From positions 32,001 to 96,000 of the forward strand of contig JASFYY010000002.1 of assembly GCA_045046875.1 (NCBI GenBank): DNA of 64,000 nt, read 5' to 3'. The translations under genes were made by a program, and so were the position numbers. A model generated the notes under the pieces. The model was not told the DNA's origin and ran no database searches. It saw only the letters and a program-made list of their open reading frames with translations. The DNA is from Verrucomicrobiota bacterium (GTDB taxonomy: Bacteria > Verrucomicrobiota > Verrucomicrobiia > Verrucomicrobiales > DEV007). How positions within the stretch are numbered: the first letter of the stretch is position 1; every line of letters begins with the position of its first letter. Shown here piece after piece: positions 1 through 10,933 of this stretch.

Positions 1-252
1 TGGTAGTCCCTTTACTCTTGTTTCTGATTGAAATGAACACCTGCCTCTACACACAATCTCTCGAAACTACTTTTCCAGACCTCCTAACTATTTTTTCTCT
101 ACTAATATTTTCATGTCGTGAAAAAATCGCTTCGGAAATAAATTTTTTACTCCTACTTTACCCATGCCATCCACGTTTAACTCTGAAGAATTTTTTACCG
201 CACATGGCATGGCCGACTGTAAAAAACCTGATCAAAGCGGATAAGAATTATA

Positions 253-849
253 ATGGATAAACCTAAACACATCACAAACTCTAGCATGAATGCTAACTGG
301 AAAATACCAGGCCCCAGTTCACTTTTGGTGCCTAATTTCAGGGATGTTGGTAAAACTATAAATGACCTGTCTGGCAAAACCTTATTACGAGAAACCGTTT
401 TATTTCGAGGGGGCGAAGTTGACTTCGTAAAAGACCTGACTCCCATCCAAAGTCCCAAATCCATCATCAACCTTCGCAAGGGAAGCGATCCTAACTTTCA
501 GGATGCCACAGTTTACCACTGTCCTGCACCTGACAGTGTAGATGTTTATTCCGTAGCCAGTGGCTTCAACCGCAAATGGATCATTTCGGTTTTAACGATT
601 CTCGCCTCAGCGGATGCGCAAGCTCCCTTTTTTATTCACTGCGCCGCAGGCAAAGACCGAACTGGTGTCATTATAGGAGCGATACTCTCATTGCTCAATA
701 TTGACAGCGAGCACATTCAAGAGGACTACGCTTTGTCAGACGGCCCTATTTATCCTAAACTATTTGCCGAATCCTTGTTTCAATTTACGCAAAATAACTA
801 TTTTCGGAAATTAAACCTTCAAAAGATTCACGAACGATTCACTCTGTGA
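253..849 (+). CDS. Tyrosine/dual-specificity protein phosphatase (Y_phosphatase3-like)
   Basis: P-loop HCAAGKDRTG, N-terminal NFRDVG, and DYALS motif. Confidence 0.85.
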   Translation: MDKPKHITNSSMNANWKIPGPSSLLVPNFRDVGKTINDLSGKTLLRETVLFRGGEVDFVKDLTPIQSPKSIINLRKGSDPNFQDATVYHCPAPDSVDVYSVASGFNRKWIISVLTILASADAQAPFFIHCAAGKDRTGVIIGAILSLLNIDSEHIQEDYALSDGPIYPKLFAESLFQFTQNNYFRKLNLQKIHERFTL

Positions 850-966
850 AATACTAGCGCACCATAACTATTCATGGTAGACCCAGACCTCTCCAAAAAA
901 GAGTTTGCCCGCGGATGGCACGAATTTACGCGGATAAGAATTAGGATTGTGATCCTGGGAAAACAC

Positions 967-1833
967 CTAGTCGCCTGACAAATTACAGCCACAATGATGA
1001 CAGATATTGCCGCGCTCTGCGACCGATAGAGGGATTGACTGGTCACAGGTAGGACACCTCAACGCCACTTGATTGAAATGCTTGCTCTCTAAACGGTATA
1101 GCCTCCAGAATGCATAGCCACAAATAGAAATCATTACTAACATTGATCCTGTTAATTCCCAACCCTTTAACTGAAAATTATTTGCCAGGTGTACAAATGC
1201 AATCGGAACGATGATCCAAACAGCGAGAAAAAAATAGATGTTCCATCCTGCACGCTTCCAGTATAGCTCCTGTAAATTCTTAATTTGTTGGTGAAACTCG
1301 TGCTCGGACAATTGTTCTGTAGAGTTCTCTTTTTTTGACCCACCAATGTCCAAATGAGTAGATTCAACGGAACCCTGTTTCTCAAAACCCATCACAATGA
1401 TGGGTTTCGCTCCTACGCAATATGGGCAGCTTTGATTTCGCAAAACTGCCTCCACATCTTTTAAACCAAATGAGCTATTGCAATGGCGACAGTACAATCG
1501 GTCACCAATTTTTTCAAAATAGTCTCCGCCTTGAAATAACAGCACGATATATGCTGCAATCACACTCGCAAAAGTAAAACAAGAAATTTGATTTTCTGTA
1601 ACCCACCCTAACACCTCGTGCAATTGAACAAGTATGATCAACACAAGCATGAACAACAGTGCTAGGCCCACTACACAAAAACCTTTCCTTTCCCTCAATT
1701 TACCAATCCTACAAAAATTCACCAAATCCTGCCGGATTAATGGCTCCCGTTTTTCCAGTTTGTCCAAAATATCACGCCCCAGTTTATCCAATACTTTTGG
1801 ATCTTCTGTAAAAGCAATTCTCTCCGTTTTCAT
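967..1833 (-). CDS. Hypothetical membrane protein with two (2TM + zinc-ribbon) modules
   Basis: 288-aa ORF; hydrophobic helix pairs followed by CRHC-x17-CPYC and CPTC-x14-CHHC. Confidence 0.7.
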   Translation of the reverse strand: MKTERIAFTEDPKVLDKLGRDILDKLEKREPLIRQDLVNFCRIGKLRERKGFCVVGLALLFMLVLIILVQLHEVLGWVTENQISCFTFASVIAAYIVLLFQGGDYFEKIGDRLYCRHCNSSFGLKDVEAVLRNQSCPYCVGAKPIIVMGFEKQGSVESTHLDIGGSKKENSTEQLSEHEFHQQIKNLQELYWKRAGWNIYFFLAVWIIVPIAFVHLANNFQLKGWELTGSMLVMISICGYAFWRLYRLESKHFNQVALRCPTCDQSIPLSVAERGNICHHCGCNLSGD

Positions 1834-1979
1834 CGCAAATTCTTAGTTGCGCTTGCCCAACAAGCTTTACTCTGGAATTTTACAATTCAGGCAAGCCTTC
1901 AGCAATTATAAGTGAGATGCATTTTTATAACGCCCATCAAGCTCACTAAGGATCCCCCTCTTTTTGACAAGCATTCAAC

Positions 1980-4004
1980 TCAATCCCCTTCCACCAATAG
2001 TCCATGATAACCATCAGGGATCACTGCTCGTCCATTGCGTATACCAATGCGAGTAGGATTACCGGGAGTCAAAAATTGTTCGATAAGCTTTGGTTTTGAA
2101 GGATCTGAAATGTCAGTGATAGTAACCAGGCCGCTCGAACGATTAGCGGTATAAAGTCGATTCCCTGAAATATTAGGAACCCCCGGGTTGGCACGGGTTT
2201 TCCCAAGCGGGTAAATATTCAACTCCTTAAGCTCCCGCCGTTCACTGCGATCCACTAAAATATATCCACCCCTCAGGGTGATCAACGTTTTGTCCCCAAA
2301 CGCAATCATGCCATTGGACGAACCGGTTCGGCGGGCAAAGTTATCCCCACTATATACCGGGGCAGGTTGTGCCATGAGATCAAACCAATAAGTGCCCGTC
2401 ACATGCCAGAAAACCGCGGTGTAACGATCCTCCACCAATCCCCGCATCATCTGGTCGCCGTAAAGAAGTCCATGGCGTTTGTCTTCAAATATTTGTTTGG
2501 GATTAGCTGCATCGCCCACATCCAGAATATAAAATTGATTCGCCCCTGCCTGGATCATCACCCGATTGCCAGAGCCTGGTGTTTCGACCTGACGCACAGC
2601 TTTGCCCCGCAGTTTGAAAGCTCCTACTTTTTTATATCCGTCTCCAGCCTTGTCCTCCCAAATGGATAGACCGCCGGCGCTTTCCGCGACAAAAATGCGC
2701 TCATTAAAAACGCTGACATCCGTGGCAAATCCATCGGTGGCAAGCAACTCAAGTCGTTCAATCTGCGGCCACAACTTCACGATATGCACTCCTGCGCTGC
2801 CGCAGGCGACCACCGCGCGGTCATCCGGGAGAAAATCCACGCCATAAACTTGTCCCGCCGGACGGTAGCTGCGCCAACCCTTGCGAAACTCACCCGCTTC
2901 ATTCCGCCCGGCAGCAATTACCGCTGCCTGATCCGTTTCCTTTTCCACCGCAACCGCCAAATTTGGTGCCTCCACCACATGCAAATCGCTGAAGCCACCC
3001 GCCATCAAAATGTGATCTTTAACCAGTGCCAGGCCTCCGATAAAATTCTTTTTTCCGTCCTGTTCCGGCGCTTCACAATGAGCCACTAATTTCATTTTTG
3101 CCGCATCGGCCACATCCACCACAAAAATCCCGTTCCAGGTATCCGCTACAAAAGCATGACCATTGGCAATAGTGACCTCCCACATATCATTGCCAATTTC
3201 ATAAAGCGGGGGGAATTTGATCCGCGATACAAACGTGGGATGAGCAGGATCGGAAATCTTAAACACTTCCAAACCATGCCCTTTGCCAAATCCAGGATCG
3301 CCTGGATTTTTTCGTGGCATCGCTCGCGAATGATGGCCGGTAGCCACATAAACATAGTCCCCCGCCACATCCACTCCATCACCATAACCATCAAGCTCTA
3401 CTTTGTCTGTGATTTTCGGATGACGTGGATCCCGCACATCCACCACCACCAACTCTGATGTCGCCCACACCCCCACATACAAAAACCCATTACGAGTCAC
3501 CACCGATTGGGCCTCGCCGGTGCGTACCAAACTGAGATGCGCAGGTTTTCCCGGATCGCTCACGTCAATCAACTCCACTCCATAATTACGACAAGCGACA
3601 AAAAGAACATCTCCCGACAAAGCCACCCCGGTGGCAAATTCCACCGTATCATAGTGATTGAGCAAACGAGGTTCAGCTGGGTTCTTCACATCAACAATGA
3701 ACAAACCATCCTGGCGCGAAGTGATGTAAGCGATACCCTCACTCACTTCAATCTGCCGCACACTGCCCAAACCTGACAACTTACCCAGAATGCGCGGTTT
3801 TTTCGCATTGCTGATATCCAATACCTGCAAAGCTCCATTACCAATCGCGTAAGCATAATCCCCCACCGCCTCCACCGCCTTTGCCGGGCCCATCCCGCCA
3901 ACGGCCACAATAGGTAGTTTGGCACCAACATTCCGAGCTTGCGACACAGTTGGCAATATCACTGTGCTGATACAAAAGAAAAAAGTAAGAATCCGGTTTT
4001 TCAT
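1980..4004 (-). CDS. Secreted LVIVD-repeat beta-propeller protein
   Basis: Signal peptide; repeated units such as GLFIVDVKNPAEP, GVELIDVSDPGKP, LVVVDVRDPRHP. Confidence 0.85.
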   Translation of the reverse strand: MKNRILTFFFCISTVILPTVSQARNVGAKLPIVAVGGMGPAKAVEAVGDYAYAIGNGALQVLDISNAKKPRILGKLSGLGSVRQIEVSEGIAYITSRQDGLFIVDVKNPAEPRLLNHYDTVEFATGVALSGDVLFVACRNYGVELIDVSDPGKPAHLSLVRTGEAQSVVTRNGFLYVGVWATSELVVVDVRDPRHPKITDKVELDGYGDGVDVAGDYVYVATGHHSRAMPRKNPGDPGFGKGHGLEVFKISDPAHPTFVSRIKFPPLYEIGNDMWEVTIANGHAFVADTWNGIFVVDVADAAKMKLVAHCEAPEQDGKKNFIGGLALVKDHILMAGGFSDLHVVEAPNLAVAVEKETDQAAVIAAGRNEAGEFRKGWRSYRPAGQVYGVDFLPDDRAVVACGSAGVHIVKLWPQIERLELLATDGFATDVSVFNERIFVAESAGGLSIWEDKAGDGYKKVGAFKLRGKAVRQVETPGSGNRVMIQAGANQFYILDVGDAANPKQIFEDKRHGLLYGDQMMRGLVEDRYTAVFWHVTGTYWFDLMAQPAPVYSGDNFARRTGSSNGMIAFGDKTLITLRGGYILVDRSERRELKELNIYPLGKTRANPGVPNISGNRLYTANRSSGLVTITDISDPSKPKLIEQFLTPGNPTRIGIRNGRAVIPDGYHGLLVEGD

Positions 4005-4105
4005 AGTTATGCTCGATAGTATCTAAATCTTCAATCAATATAAATTGTGTAGAAACCGCGGATCCGGAGTAAGGCGTTCAGCTCCTAACCACCGATTAAA
4101 ATAGC

Positions 4106-4342
4106 TCATCCTGCCGACATTGCTAATCCAACATATACGAGAACTGTCGCTCCGACCCAATAAAACCCTAAACGCTTTTCATCATTCAGAAATAACCAAA
4201 TCAACCCCAATATTGGGAAAATAATACCCAAAACGCCCCATAAAGTATCTCCTTGCTGAAAAGCAGCAATCAACATTTTTACCCAACAAATCAATGTGCC
4301 AATTCCTGCTGCTATAACTAAAATTAATCCTAAGGTTGCCAT
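4106..4342 (-). CDS. Small hypothetical membrane protein (about 3 TM)
   Basis: 78-aa hydrophobic ORF with ATG start filling an intergenic gap. Confidence 0.7.
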   Translation of the reverse strand: MATLGLILVIAAGIGTLICWVKMLIAAFQQGDTLWGVLGIIFPILGLIWLFLNDEKRLGFYWVGATVLVYVGLAMSAG

Positions 4343-4484
4343 AGTGTTTTGTGTGAAATATTTAAATTTTTTGACAATCTACAGCACCTGTTAGCTTATC
4401 AAAAAACTACGCATCCAAAATGGTAAGTCAATACGAAAGGGAACTTGTGTTTAATCAAAATGTAAGATACGTACCCTTTTTCTA

Positions 4485-5408
4485 ATGAACAACCGTCACA
4501 TCCCCCTATTCCTGTTGCTAATCTCAGCCATCTTTTGTTCTGCAATCGGCAAATCCAGAGCTGATCAAATAAACCCAGAAAAAACCGCAAAGGCCAAACC
4601 CCTTTACGATAACGGCATCCCGGAAAAAGGTTTCCTCACCTTGAAAACTGCCAATTACACGGTTCCCATCGATGCTGCCAGCGGATGGACAATAGAAAAA
4701 ATGCTCTTTGGTGGATACCCGTTTGGTCTCAGCAATGGTCATTATGGAACTGTGCTCACTCCAAAAGGTGGCAAATGGTGGGGAACCGGCCACACGGAGG
4801 GTGGACGTGAAGTGGTCCATCAACTGAATTTGACGGTAGATGGGAAACCCATGCCTATTGCTATCGATAAAACCATTTCAGGCAAACGTATCGAACTGAT
4901 CAAAAACTCTACGATCTGGAAATTCAAGGTGCGGGTCGAAATTGTGATTACGGATGAGCTCATCTATGAGCACACTCAAATGCAAGCGCTCGAAGACTGC
5001 GAACTGGATGTGATGTATTATTTCATGCACATCTTCCCCACCACCACCACGCGTTGGATCGCTGAATTTCCTGATGGCACTACTAATACCGGACCCCTCA
5101 AACACGCGGGTAATCATCAGATTCAAAAAAACACCCGTTGGGTGGCGCAGTTCAACCCGGCCGAGCAACAAGCCTATTTGTGTTACACTCCCAAAATAAT
5201 CACTGGTAATCAAAGTGCCAGCATGATTTGGGATCTGGATCGTTATCACAAATACTATCTCCGCCAGAACAAAGGGCAAAAATTCAGCAAAGGAGAAAAA
5301 CTAGACTTCACCGTAGTGGTCAAAGCCGTGCTTAATGAAAGCGGTGATTGGAAGGCGACCCAAAAAGCTGCGGCTCAGCTGATGCGGGATTTCCCGCCCG
5401 TAAAATAA
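4485..5408 (+). CDS. Secreted hypothetical protein (beta-rich)
   Basis: 307-aa ORF with N-terminal signal peptide; no family recognised. Confidence 0.75.
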   Translation: MNNRHIPLFLLLISAIFCSAIGKSRADQINPEKTAKAKPLYDNGIPEKGFLTLKTANYTVPIDAASGWTIEKMLFGGYPFGLSNGHYGTVLTPKGGKWWGTGHTEGGREVVHQLNLTVDGKPMPIAIDKTISGKRIELIKNSTIWKFKVRVEIVITDELIYEHTQMQALEDCELDVMYYFMHIFPTTTTRWIAEFPDGTTNTGPLKHAGNHQIQKNTRWVAQFNPAEQQAYLCYTPKIITGNQSASMIWDLDRYHKYYLRQNKGQKFSKGEKLDFTVVVKAVLNESGDWKATQKAAAQLMRDFPPVK

Positions 5409-5440
5409 TCGCCGTGACTCTAAAGGTCACGCGCTATGCT

Positions 5441-7357
5441 TCAACGCGCCGGCGCTTTTTTCTTCGCCGTTCTGGATGGTTTTTTTGCCTTGAGGTGCGG
5501 CAAAACTTTCTTAACAAGGTCGTCAGCGGTGATGCCATGCTTCGCCCGTAAAATCGGCACACTGCCATGTTCAACAAAAGCATCGGGCCAGCCAATGCGC
5601 TCGACCGGTGTATGAATTCCCTGACTGTAAAGATGCTCCATCACGCCACAACCAAAACCATTGGTCAGCACATGATCCTCCAGGGTGCAGATCACCTTGC
5701 ACTGATTCGCATACTGTTCCAGACAAGCGGTATCCATCGGTTTGATCCAGCGTGGATTGATCAACGCTACAGAATAACCTAATTGCTCCAATTGCCCCTT
5801 GGCCTCTTCCGCCATTTCAAACAAATTACCCAAACCAAACAGCGCTACATCCGTTCCGTCCTGCACCACTTCAGCTTTACCAATTTCCAAAACTTCCGGC
5901 TGCTCCTTTATGCTTGCACCGCTGCCTGCTCCGCGAGGGTAACGTATCGCTATCGGGCCACCTTCGTATTGTGACATCGTCCACAGCATGTCGACAAATT
6001 CGTCTTCATCCTTGGCTTGCATCAATACCCAATTTGGAACCACCCGCATGTAACCAATATCAAACAGGCCATGGTGGGTCGGCCCGTCATCGCCACTCAA
6101 ACCCGCCCGATCCATGCACAAACGCAGCGGCAAATTCTGGATGCCTGCGTCGTGAACCGCCATGTCGTAAGCACGTTGGAAAAAAGTAGAATAAATCGCC
6201 AGGAAAGGTTTCAGACCCTGCGTTGCCAATCCACAAGCAAACACTGCCGCATGTTCCTCGGCAATGCCTACATCAAAATAGCGATCCGGCACACCTTGTT
6301 GAAAAGGCACCAGACCCGTTCCAGTTGGCATCGCAGCGGTGATCGCAGTGATTTTTTTATCATCCTGGGCAAACTTGGTCAAGCTCTCGCCAAACACTTG
6401 CGAATAAGTCGGTGACGACGCGGCAGCGGTTTCCCCTGTTTTGCTAGCGTAAGGTCCGAGTCCATGGAATTTCTGCGGGTTATGCAAGGCCGGCTCATAG
6501 CCTCGGCCTTTTTCAGTGATGATGTGCAAAATCACCGGCACCTCTTCATTTTTCAGGTGTTCAAAAGTACGCACCAGCAAATTCACATCATGCCCGTCAA
6601 TGGGGCCATAATAACGCAAACCGAATTCTTCAAAAATCACACTGGGCAGCAACAGGTTTTTTGCTCCTTCTTCTACTTTGCTCGCCAGACGTCTAACGGT
6701 TTGTCCTGCGATTCTTTCTACAAACTCGGCCGCTTTATCGTGTAAGTGCGAATAGGTCGGACTGGTTTGCAGGGCATTAAAAATATTGGCAATCGCCCCC
6801 ACGTTGCGATCGATGGACCACTCATTATCATTCAGCACCACGATGAGCTTGTTGGTCGTCGTGGCAATATTATTCAAGGCCTCGTAACTCACTCCGCAGG
6901 TGAAAGCCGCATCTCCCGCCACAGCGATCACATGATTATCCTCGCCTTTTAAATCCCGTGCAGCGGCCATTCCCAGGGCTGCCGACAATGCCGTGCCTGC
7001 ATGGCCCGCTCCAAAAGCATCGTGTTCACTTTCGGTACGTAGTAAAAAACCGTTCAGACCTTCATACTGACGAATGGTTTTTATCGAATCCCAACGTCCG
7101 GTTAGCATTTTGTGTACATAACCTTGATGACTGACATCAAAGAGGAACTTGTCCTGTGGGGTCTCGAATACCCGATGCATAGCAATGCTCAGCTCGACCA
7201 CTCCCAGATTGGGCCCTAGATGACCACCTGTTTTGGACAAACTATCAATCAGGGTGCGACGAATGTTCTCCGCCAACAGGGGAAGTTGCTCGTCCGTAAG
7301 AGCTTTCAACTCCGCACCTGATTGTGCTTTAGGTAAAGTGCGGTCAGAATTTTTCAT
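5441..7357 (-). CDS. dxs: 1-deoxy-D-xylulose-5-phosphate synthase
   Basis: GGHLGPNLG, GDAA..E..NDN TPP motif, IAEEHA, DGPTHHG. Start placed at MKNSDR (7357, GAGGAA upstream); 7411 is an alternative. Confidence 0.97.
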   Translation of the reverse strand: MKNSDRTLPKAQSGAELKALTDEQLPLLAENIRRTLIDSLSKTGGHLGPNLGVVELSIAMHRVFETPQDKFLFDVSHQGYVHKMLTGRWDSIKTIRQYEGLNGFLLRTESEHDAFGAGHAGTALSAALGMAAARDLKGEDNHVIAVAGDAAFTCGVSYEALNNIATTTNKLIVVLNDNEWSIDRNVGAIANIFNALQTSPTYSHLHDKAAEFVERIAGQTVRRLASKVEEGAKNLLLPSVIFEEFGLRYYGPIDGHDVNLLVRTFEHLKNEEVPVILHIITEKGRGYEPALHNPQKFHGLGPYASKTGETAAASSPTYSQVFGESLTKFAQDDKKITAITAAMPTGTGLVPFQQGVPDRYFDVGIAEEHAAVFACGLATQGLKPFLAIYSTFFQRAYDMAVHDAGIQNLPLRLCMDRAGLSGDDGPTHHGLFDIGYMRVVPNWVLMQAKDEDEFVDMLWTMSQYEGGPIAIRYPRGAGSGASIKEQPEVLEIGKAEVVQDGTDVALFGLGNLFEMAEEAKGQLEQLGYSVALINPRWIKPMDTACLEQYANQCKVICTLEDHVLTNGFGCGVMEHLYSQGIHTPVERIGWPDAFVEHGSVPILRAKHGITADDLVKKVLPHLKAKKPSRTAKKKAPAR

Positions 7358-7394
7358 TTCCTCTTCGTCACTTTGCTCGAATTTATTATCGCTG

Positions 7395-7754
7395 TCAGAA
7401 AAGTTCGCCATCGTCTGTTTGATTATTCGCTTGGGATTCTGATTTTCTTTCAAGCGATTCGCTGTTTTTATCAAAATCCTGCAATTCTTTTTCTTTGCCA
7501 CCATCGCGGATCAGTTCCACCCGTCGCTGGGCATCATCCAAATGACGCTGGCACTTTTCATAAAGGTGGGTGCCCTTTTCGTAATTCTCTATCAATTCAC
7601 CCAGCGGGGCCTGGTCGCTCTCCATCGCTTCCACCAAGCTTTCCAGTTCTCCCAGACTTTGCTCAAACGTGCTGTTATCAGATGATGGCGCCGCCGTCGA
7701 ATCCGTATTGGAATTCTCCGCGTCTGATGAGCTGGTCTTTTTTGCTTTGGCCAT
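7395..7754 (-). CDS. xseB: Exodeoxyribonuclease VII small subunit
   Basis: TFEQSLGELESLVEAMES..PLGELIENYEKG..L..C...L..A; upstream of dxs; start at MAKAKK is inferred. Confidence 0.9.
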   Translation of the reverse strand: MAKAKKTSSSDAENSNTDSTAAPSSDNSTFEQSLGELESLVEAMESDQAPLGELIENYEKGTHLYEKCQRHLDDAQRRVELIRDGGKEKELQDFDKNSESLERKSESQANNQTDDGELF

Positions 7755-7936
7755 TAATAGGCTATTAGTCCGTGTGAAAAGAGCCTTATTCAAGTGCTTT
7801 CCCTGACTTGACTGGCATTTATCTCTTTCGAGAGCACCAATTCGCTGACAATTACCCCGATATTAGGGCTGGTCATGGATAAAAACCCCGACGTCTTGAG
7901 TAAGACGAACTTAGCGTAATTACAGAATCGCCTGGC

Positions 7937-8281
7937 TCAAATCTGATAAAAGCTTTCTGCGCCTGCTTGCGCACTTCGATTGAGCTTATCACAAACAATG
8001 CAACACAAGTCAAAAACCATGTCTTCTTTGATCGAATAAAAAACCTGATTCCCTTTTTGCTCACGAGTCAACAAATCGGCATCATACAAAATACGCAGTT
8101 GTTTGGAAATATTTGCTTGCGATGTTTCCAATGCTTCGACAATCTCATTTACAGAAGTCGAACGTCCTTTGAGAAACTGTAAAATACCCAAACGCGTCGG
8201 TTCGGAAAAAACCCGGAACAACTCGGCAATTTTCTGCAACGAAGCACGGTCAAGTTTCTGGGGGCTGGTGGTATTAGGCAT
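7937..8281 (-). CDS. ArsR/SmtB-family transcriptional regulator
   Basis: FRVFSEPTRLGIL..SVNEI..SQANISKQLRIL..GNQVFYSI; C-terminal CCIVC; start at MPNTTS is inferred. Confidence 0.9.
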   Translation of the reverse strand: MPNTTSPQKLDRASLQKIAELFRVFSEPTRLGILQFLKGRSTSVNEIVEALETSQANISKQLRILYDADLLTREQKGNQVFYSIKEDMVFDLCCIVCDKLNRSAQAGAESFYQI

Positions 8282-8398
8282 ATCGTTGTATAAGGATGAA
8301 GAACATCCTAGCCCTTGAGAGTTATTTGCACAAGTTTGTAATCCGGAATTATTCATATCGATTATGAGTCACGCTAATTTAGCTGGTGAAGTTGTTAT

Positions 8399-8426
8399 TT
8401 GACTAGCTATATTACTACACTACACT
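8399..8426 (+). promoter_or_regulatory. Candidate sigma70 promoter for the efflux operon, overlapped by an imperfect inverted repeat (possible ArsR operator)
   Basis: TTGACT-N16-TACACT; TATTAC-N14-GTGATA overlaps it. Confidence 0.35.
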
Positions 8427-8498
8427 ATTGTGATACACATACCAGAGTTTTTATATTATACCCAAGTGAAATTAATTCAAGTTGGGTCCATTTTTCCC

Positions 8499-9827
8499 AT
8501 GTTTATGCGCCTGATTGCAGTTTTATCCCTTTTTGCTCTAGTCCAGAGCGCACTAGCCGGCGATGCCAATAATTCTTCGTGGACGCTTGATCGCGCCCTG
8601 TTACAGCTTCGCAAAAGCAATCCTGATGCTCGCTCAGCTGCCATCCGGATCGAAAAAGCACGCGCGCAACTGGATCAGGCCAGAGCCCAACTTTGGCCCA
8701 AGGTTCTTGCTGAAACGGGATACAGCGCAACGGACAATCCGGTTAATGCTTTCATGATGCAGCTCAACCAGCGGCAATTTGGCTTCGGCTCCGACTTTAA
8801 TGATCCTGATACCACTGATAACTGGGTCAGCGAATTGCGTGTTGAATACCCTTTTTACACTGGCGGGGCTCGCCGCGCGGCTATCAATGGCGCTCGTTTA
8901 GGTCTCGAGGCAAGCGAACACGAGCAAAAAGCGACCTTGTCCCAGCTGGAGTTGGAAGTAGCCCGGGCCTGGTTCCAGATCTACCAAAGCAGTGAAATCG
9001 TCAAAGCAGCTCAAGCTTTGCTAAAAAACCAACAGTCCAACTTGCAATTAGCCCGCAACCGGGTTGATGCCGCCACTGCCTTGCAAACCGCCGTGTTGGA
9101 TATAGAAACCAAAGTCGCCGAAGCGGAAGCCAATCTTGCTTATGCAGATAATTCCAAACAAATTGCCACCGCTTTTTTGCAGTCACTGTTGGGAATCGAA
9201 GGCAACCTTCCTTTTGTGGTAGCCGGTGGTCTGACAAAAATTGCCGCAGCAGGTGACGCTCAAATGGAGCGCCCAGAACTGAGCGCTTTGAAAAAAAGAG
9301 CCCAGCAGGCACAAACAGGTGTGACCCGCGCCAAAGCCGAACGCCTTCCCACCGTGGCCGGTTTTGCATCCGGACGTCACGATGAAGGTTTTATCGACCG
9401 GGGTGCTGGAGACAGTTGGATGGTCGGCGTGATGGTTCGTTTGAAGATATGGAGCGGGGGGGAAACCAAAGCAAAAATCGAAAGCGCTCAGAAAGACGCT
9501 GATCTGCTCAACCAAGCACAACGCAAACAAATGCTGGCGATCTCACTGCAGGTGAAAACCGCTCAACTCAATTTAATCACCGCCCGCAAGCGCATCACTC
9601 TGGCTAACAAAGGGATTCATAGTGCTGGGGAAAGTTTGCAACTCACCCGTCGCCGTTTCAAAGAAGGTTTGGCCCTCAGCACTCAACTGATCGACGGCGA
9701 AACGGCTCTGACTAATGCGCGGGTAGGACTGGCCAAAGCCCAGGCCGAAGAGCAGCTCGCTCAGGCCGCACTGCGCAGCGCCTTGGGTTTGCCGATCCGT
9801 GAACTCAGTGAAGAAACATCGAAATGA
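8499..9827 (+). CDS. TolC-family outer membrane efflux protein
   Basis: Signal peptide from MFMRLIAV; two OEP-type helical repeats; first gene of a tripartite operon. Confidence 0.9.
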   Translation: MFMRLIAVLSLFALVQSALAGDANNSSWTLDRALLQLRKSNPDARSAAIRIEKARAQLDQARAQLWPKVLAETGYSATDNPVNAFMMQLNQRQFGFGSDFNDPDTTDNWVSELRVEYPFYTGGARRAAINGARLGLEASEHEQKATLSQLELEVARAWFQIYQSSEIVKAAQALLKNQQSNLQLARNRVDAATALQTAVLDIETKVAEAEANLAYADNSKQIATAFLQSLLGIEGNLPFVVAGGLTKIAAAGDAQMERPELSALKKRAQQAQTGVTRAKAERLPTVAGFASGRHDEGFIDRGAGDSWMVGVMVRLKIWSGGETKAKIESAQKDADLLNQAQRKQMLAISLQVKTAQLNLITARKRITLANKGIHSAGESLQLTRRRFKEGLALSTQLIDGETALTNARVGLAKAQAEEQLAQAALRSALGLPIRELSEETSK

Positions 9828-10933
9828 CAAATTCTGCTTGGAAACTTAATATCACCCACCCTGCGTTTTGGCTTATCACTGTAAGCTGGCTTGCTGTATC
9901 GTGTAAACCTTCACATCCGGAAAGTTCCTCTGTACCATCAAGCGGACCCAGCATTGCCGTCAAAACCGCGGTTTTAAAAAGTCAGCAGGTGCCCGTTTTT
10001 GAAGAAGTGGTGGGAACCGTACGCCCTCACATGGAGGCACAGGTTTCGGCTAAAGTAACCGGAGCTATTCTACACATTTCTGCAGTGCCTGGCATGAAGG
10101 TGAAAAAAGGCGAAGTGATGGCAGAAATCGCTGTAGAGGAAATGAAGGCGGCTTTGGAACGCGCTCAGGCGGCAAAAGAAAATGCCAATAGCGACCTGCA
10201 ACGCTACCGCAAATTATTGTCCTCGGGAGCAGCCACCCAGGCAGAATTTGATGCGGTGCAATCCCGTCAACTGATGGCAAACGCCACGGTGAAAGAAACT
10301 GAAGTTTTGATCTCCAACGCCAGCGTCCAAGCCCCCTTTGATGGCACCATCACACGCAAGTTTATGGATACGGGAGATCTGGCCACCCCAGGCCGGCCTT
10401 TGTTCAGTATAGAGGATTCGTCCTTGCTGCGTTTGGAGATCCATGTCGCACAGTCGTTAGCCAACCAGGTAGTGCTGGATCAAAAATTTCGCGTGGTGGT
10501 TTCAGGAGCAAGTACTGCCGAGCTTATGGGCAACGTTGCCGAGATCGCTCCGGCGGGGGACACTGGCAGTCGTACCTTTTTGGTTAAACTTGATTTGCAA
10601 GCTGATAAAAATCTGCGCGCAGGACAATTTGGTCGCGCTTACATACCCAGAACCCAACGCAAGGCCCTTAAAGTTCCAGCACAAGCCCTGATCGAACGAG
10701 GGCAGATGGATTATGTTTTTGTGGCCTCTGACGGCAAGGCTCGTTTGCGTATTGTGCGCACCAAGGATGAAAATTTCCACGGACTCACCCAAACACCGTT
10801 CCGTGAAATTCTATCCGGTGTGGAGGTAGGGGAAACCGTCATATTATCACCACCACCGGAACTGCGGGATGGCCAGGACGTCAGCACCGATAAAGTGGAA
10901 GCGGCGGTTGATTCGACTCAGAAAAAATCATGA
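9824..10933 (+). CDS. RND efflux periplasmic adaptor (MFP)
   Basis: Lipobox-like [33 protein letters not shown]; 4-bp overlap with the TolC gene. Confidence 0.93.
   Translation: MTNSAWKLNITHPAFWLITVSWLAVSCKPSHPESSSVPSSGPSIAVKTAVLKSQQVPVFEEVVGTVRPHMEAQVSAKVTGAILHISAVPGMKVKKGEVMAEIAVEEMKAALERAQAAKENANSDLQRYRKLLSSGAATQAEFDAVQSRQLMANATVKETEVLISNASVQAPFDGTITRKFMDTGDLATPGRPLFSIEDSSLLRLEIHVAQSLANQVVLDQKFRVVVSGASTAELMGNVAEIAPAGDTGSRTFLVKLDLQADKNLRAGQFGRAYIPRTQRKALKVPAQALIERGQMDYVFVASDGKARLRIVRTKDENFHGLTQTPFREILSGVEVGETVILSPPPELRDGQDVSTDKVEAAVDSTQKKS

Noticed and set aside
7358..7504. N-terminal extension of Dxs as shown in the ORF track
   Set aside because: The upstream starts overlap xseB; the ATG at 7357 has a purine-rich RBS and gives a typical Dxs length.
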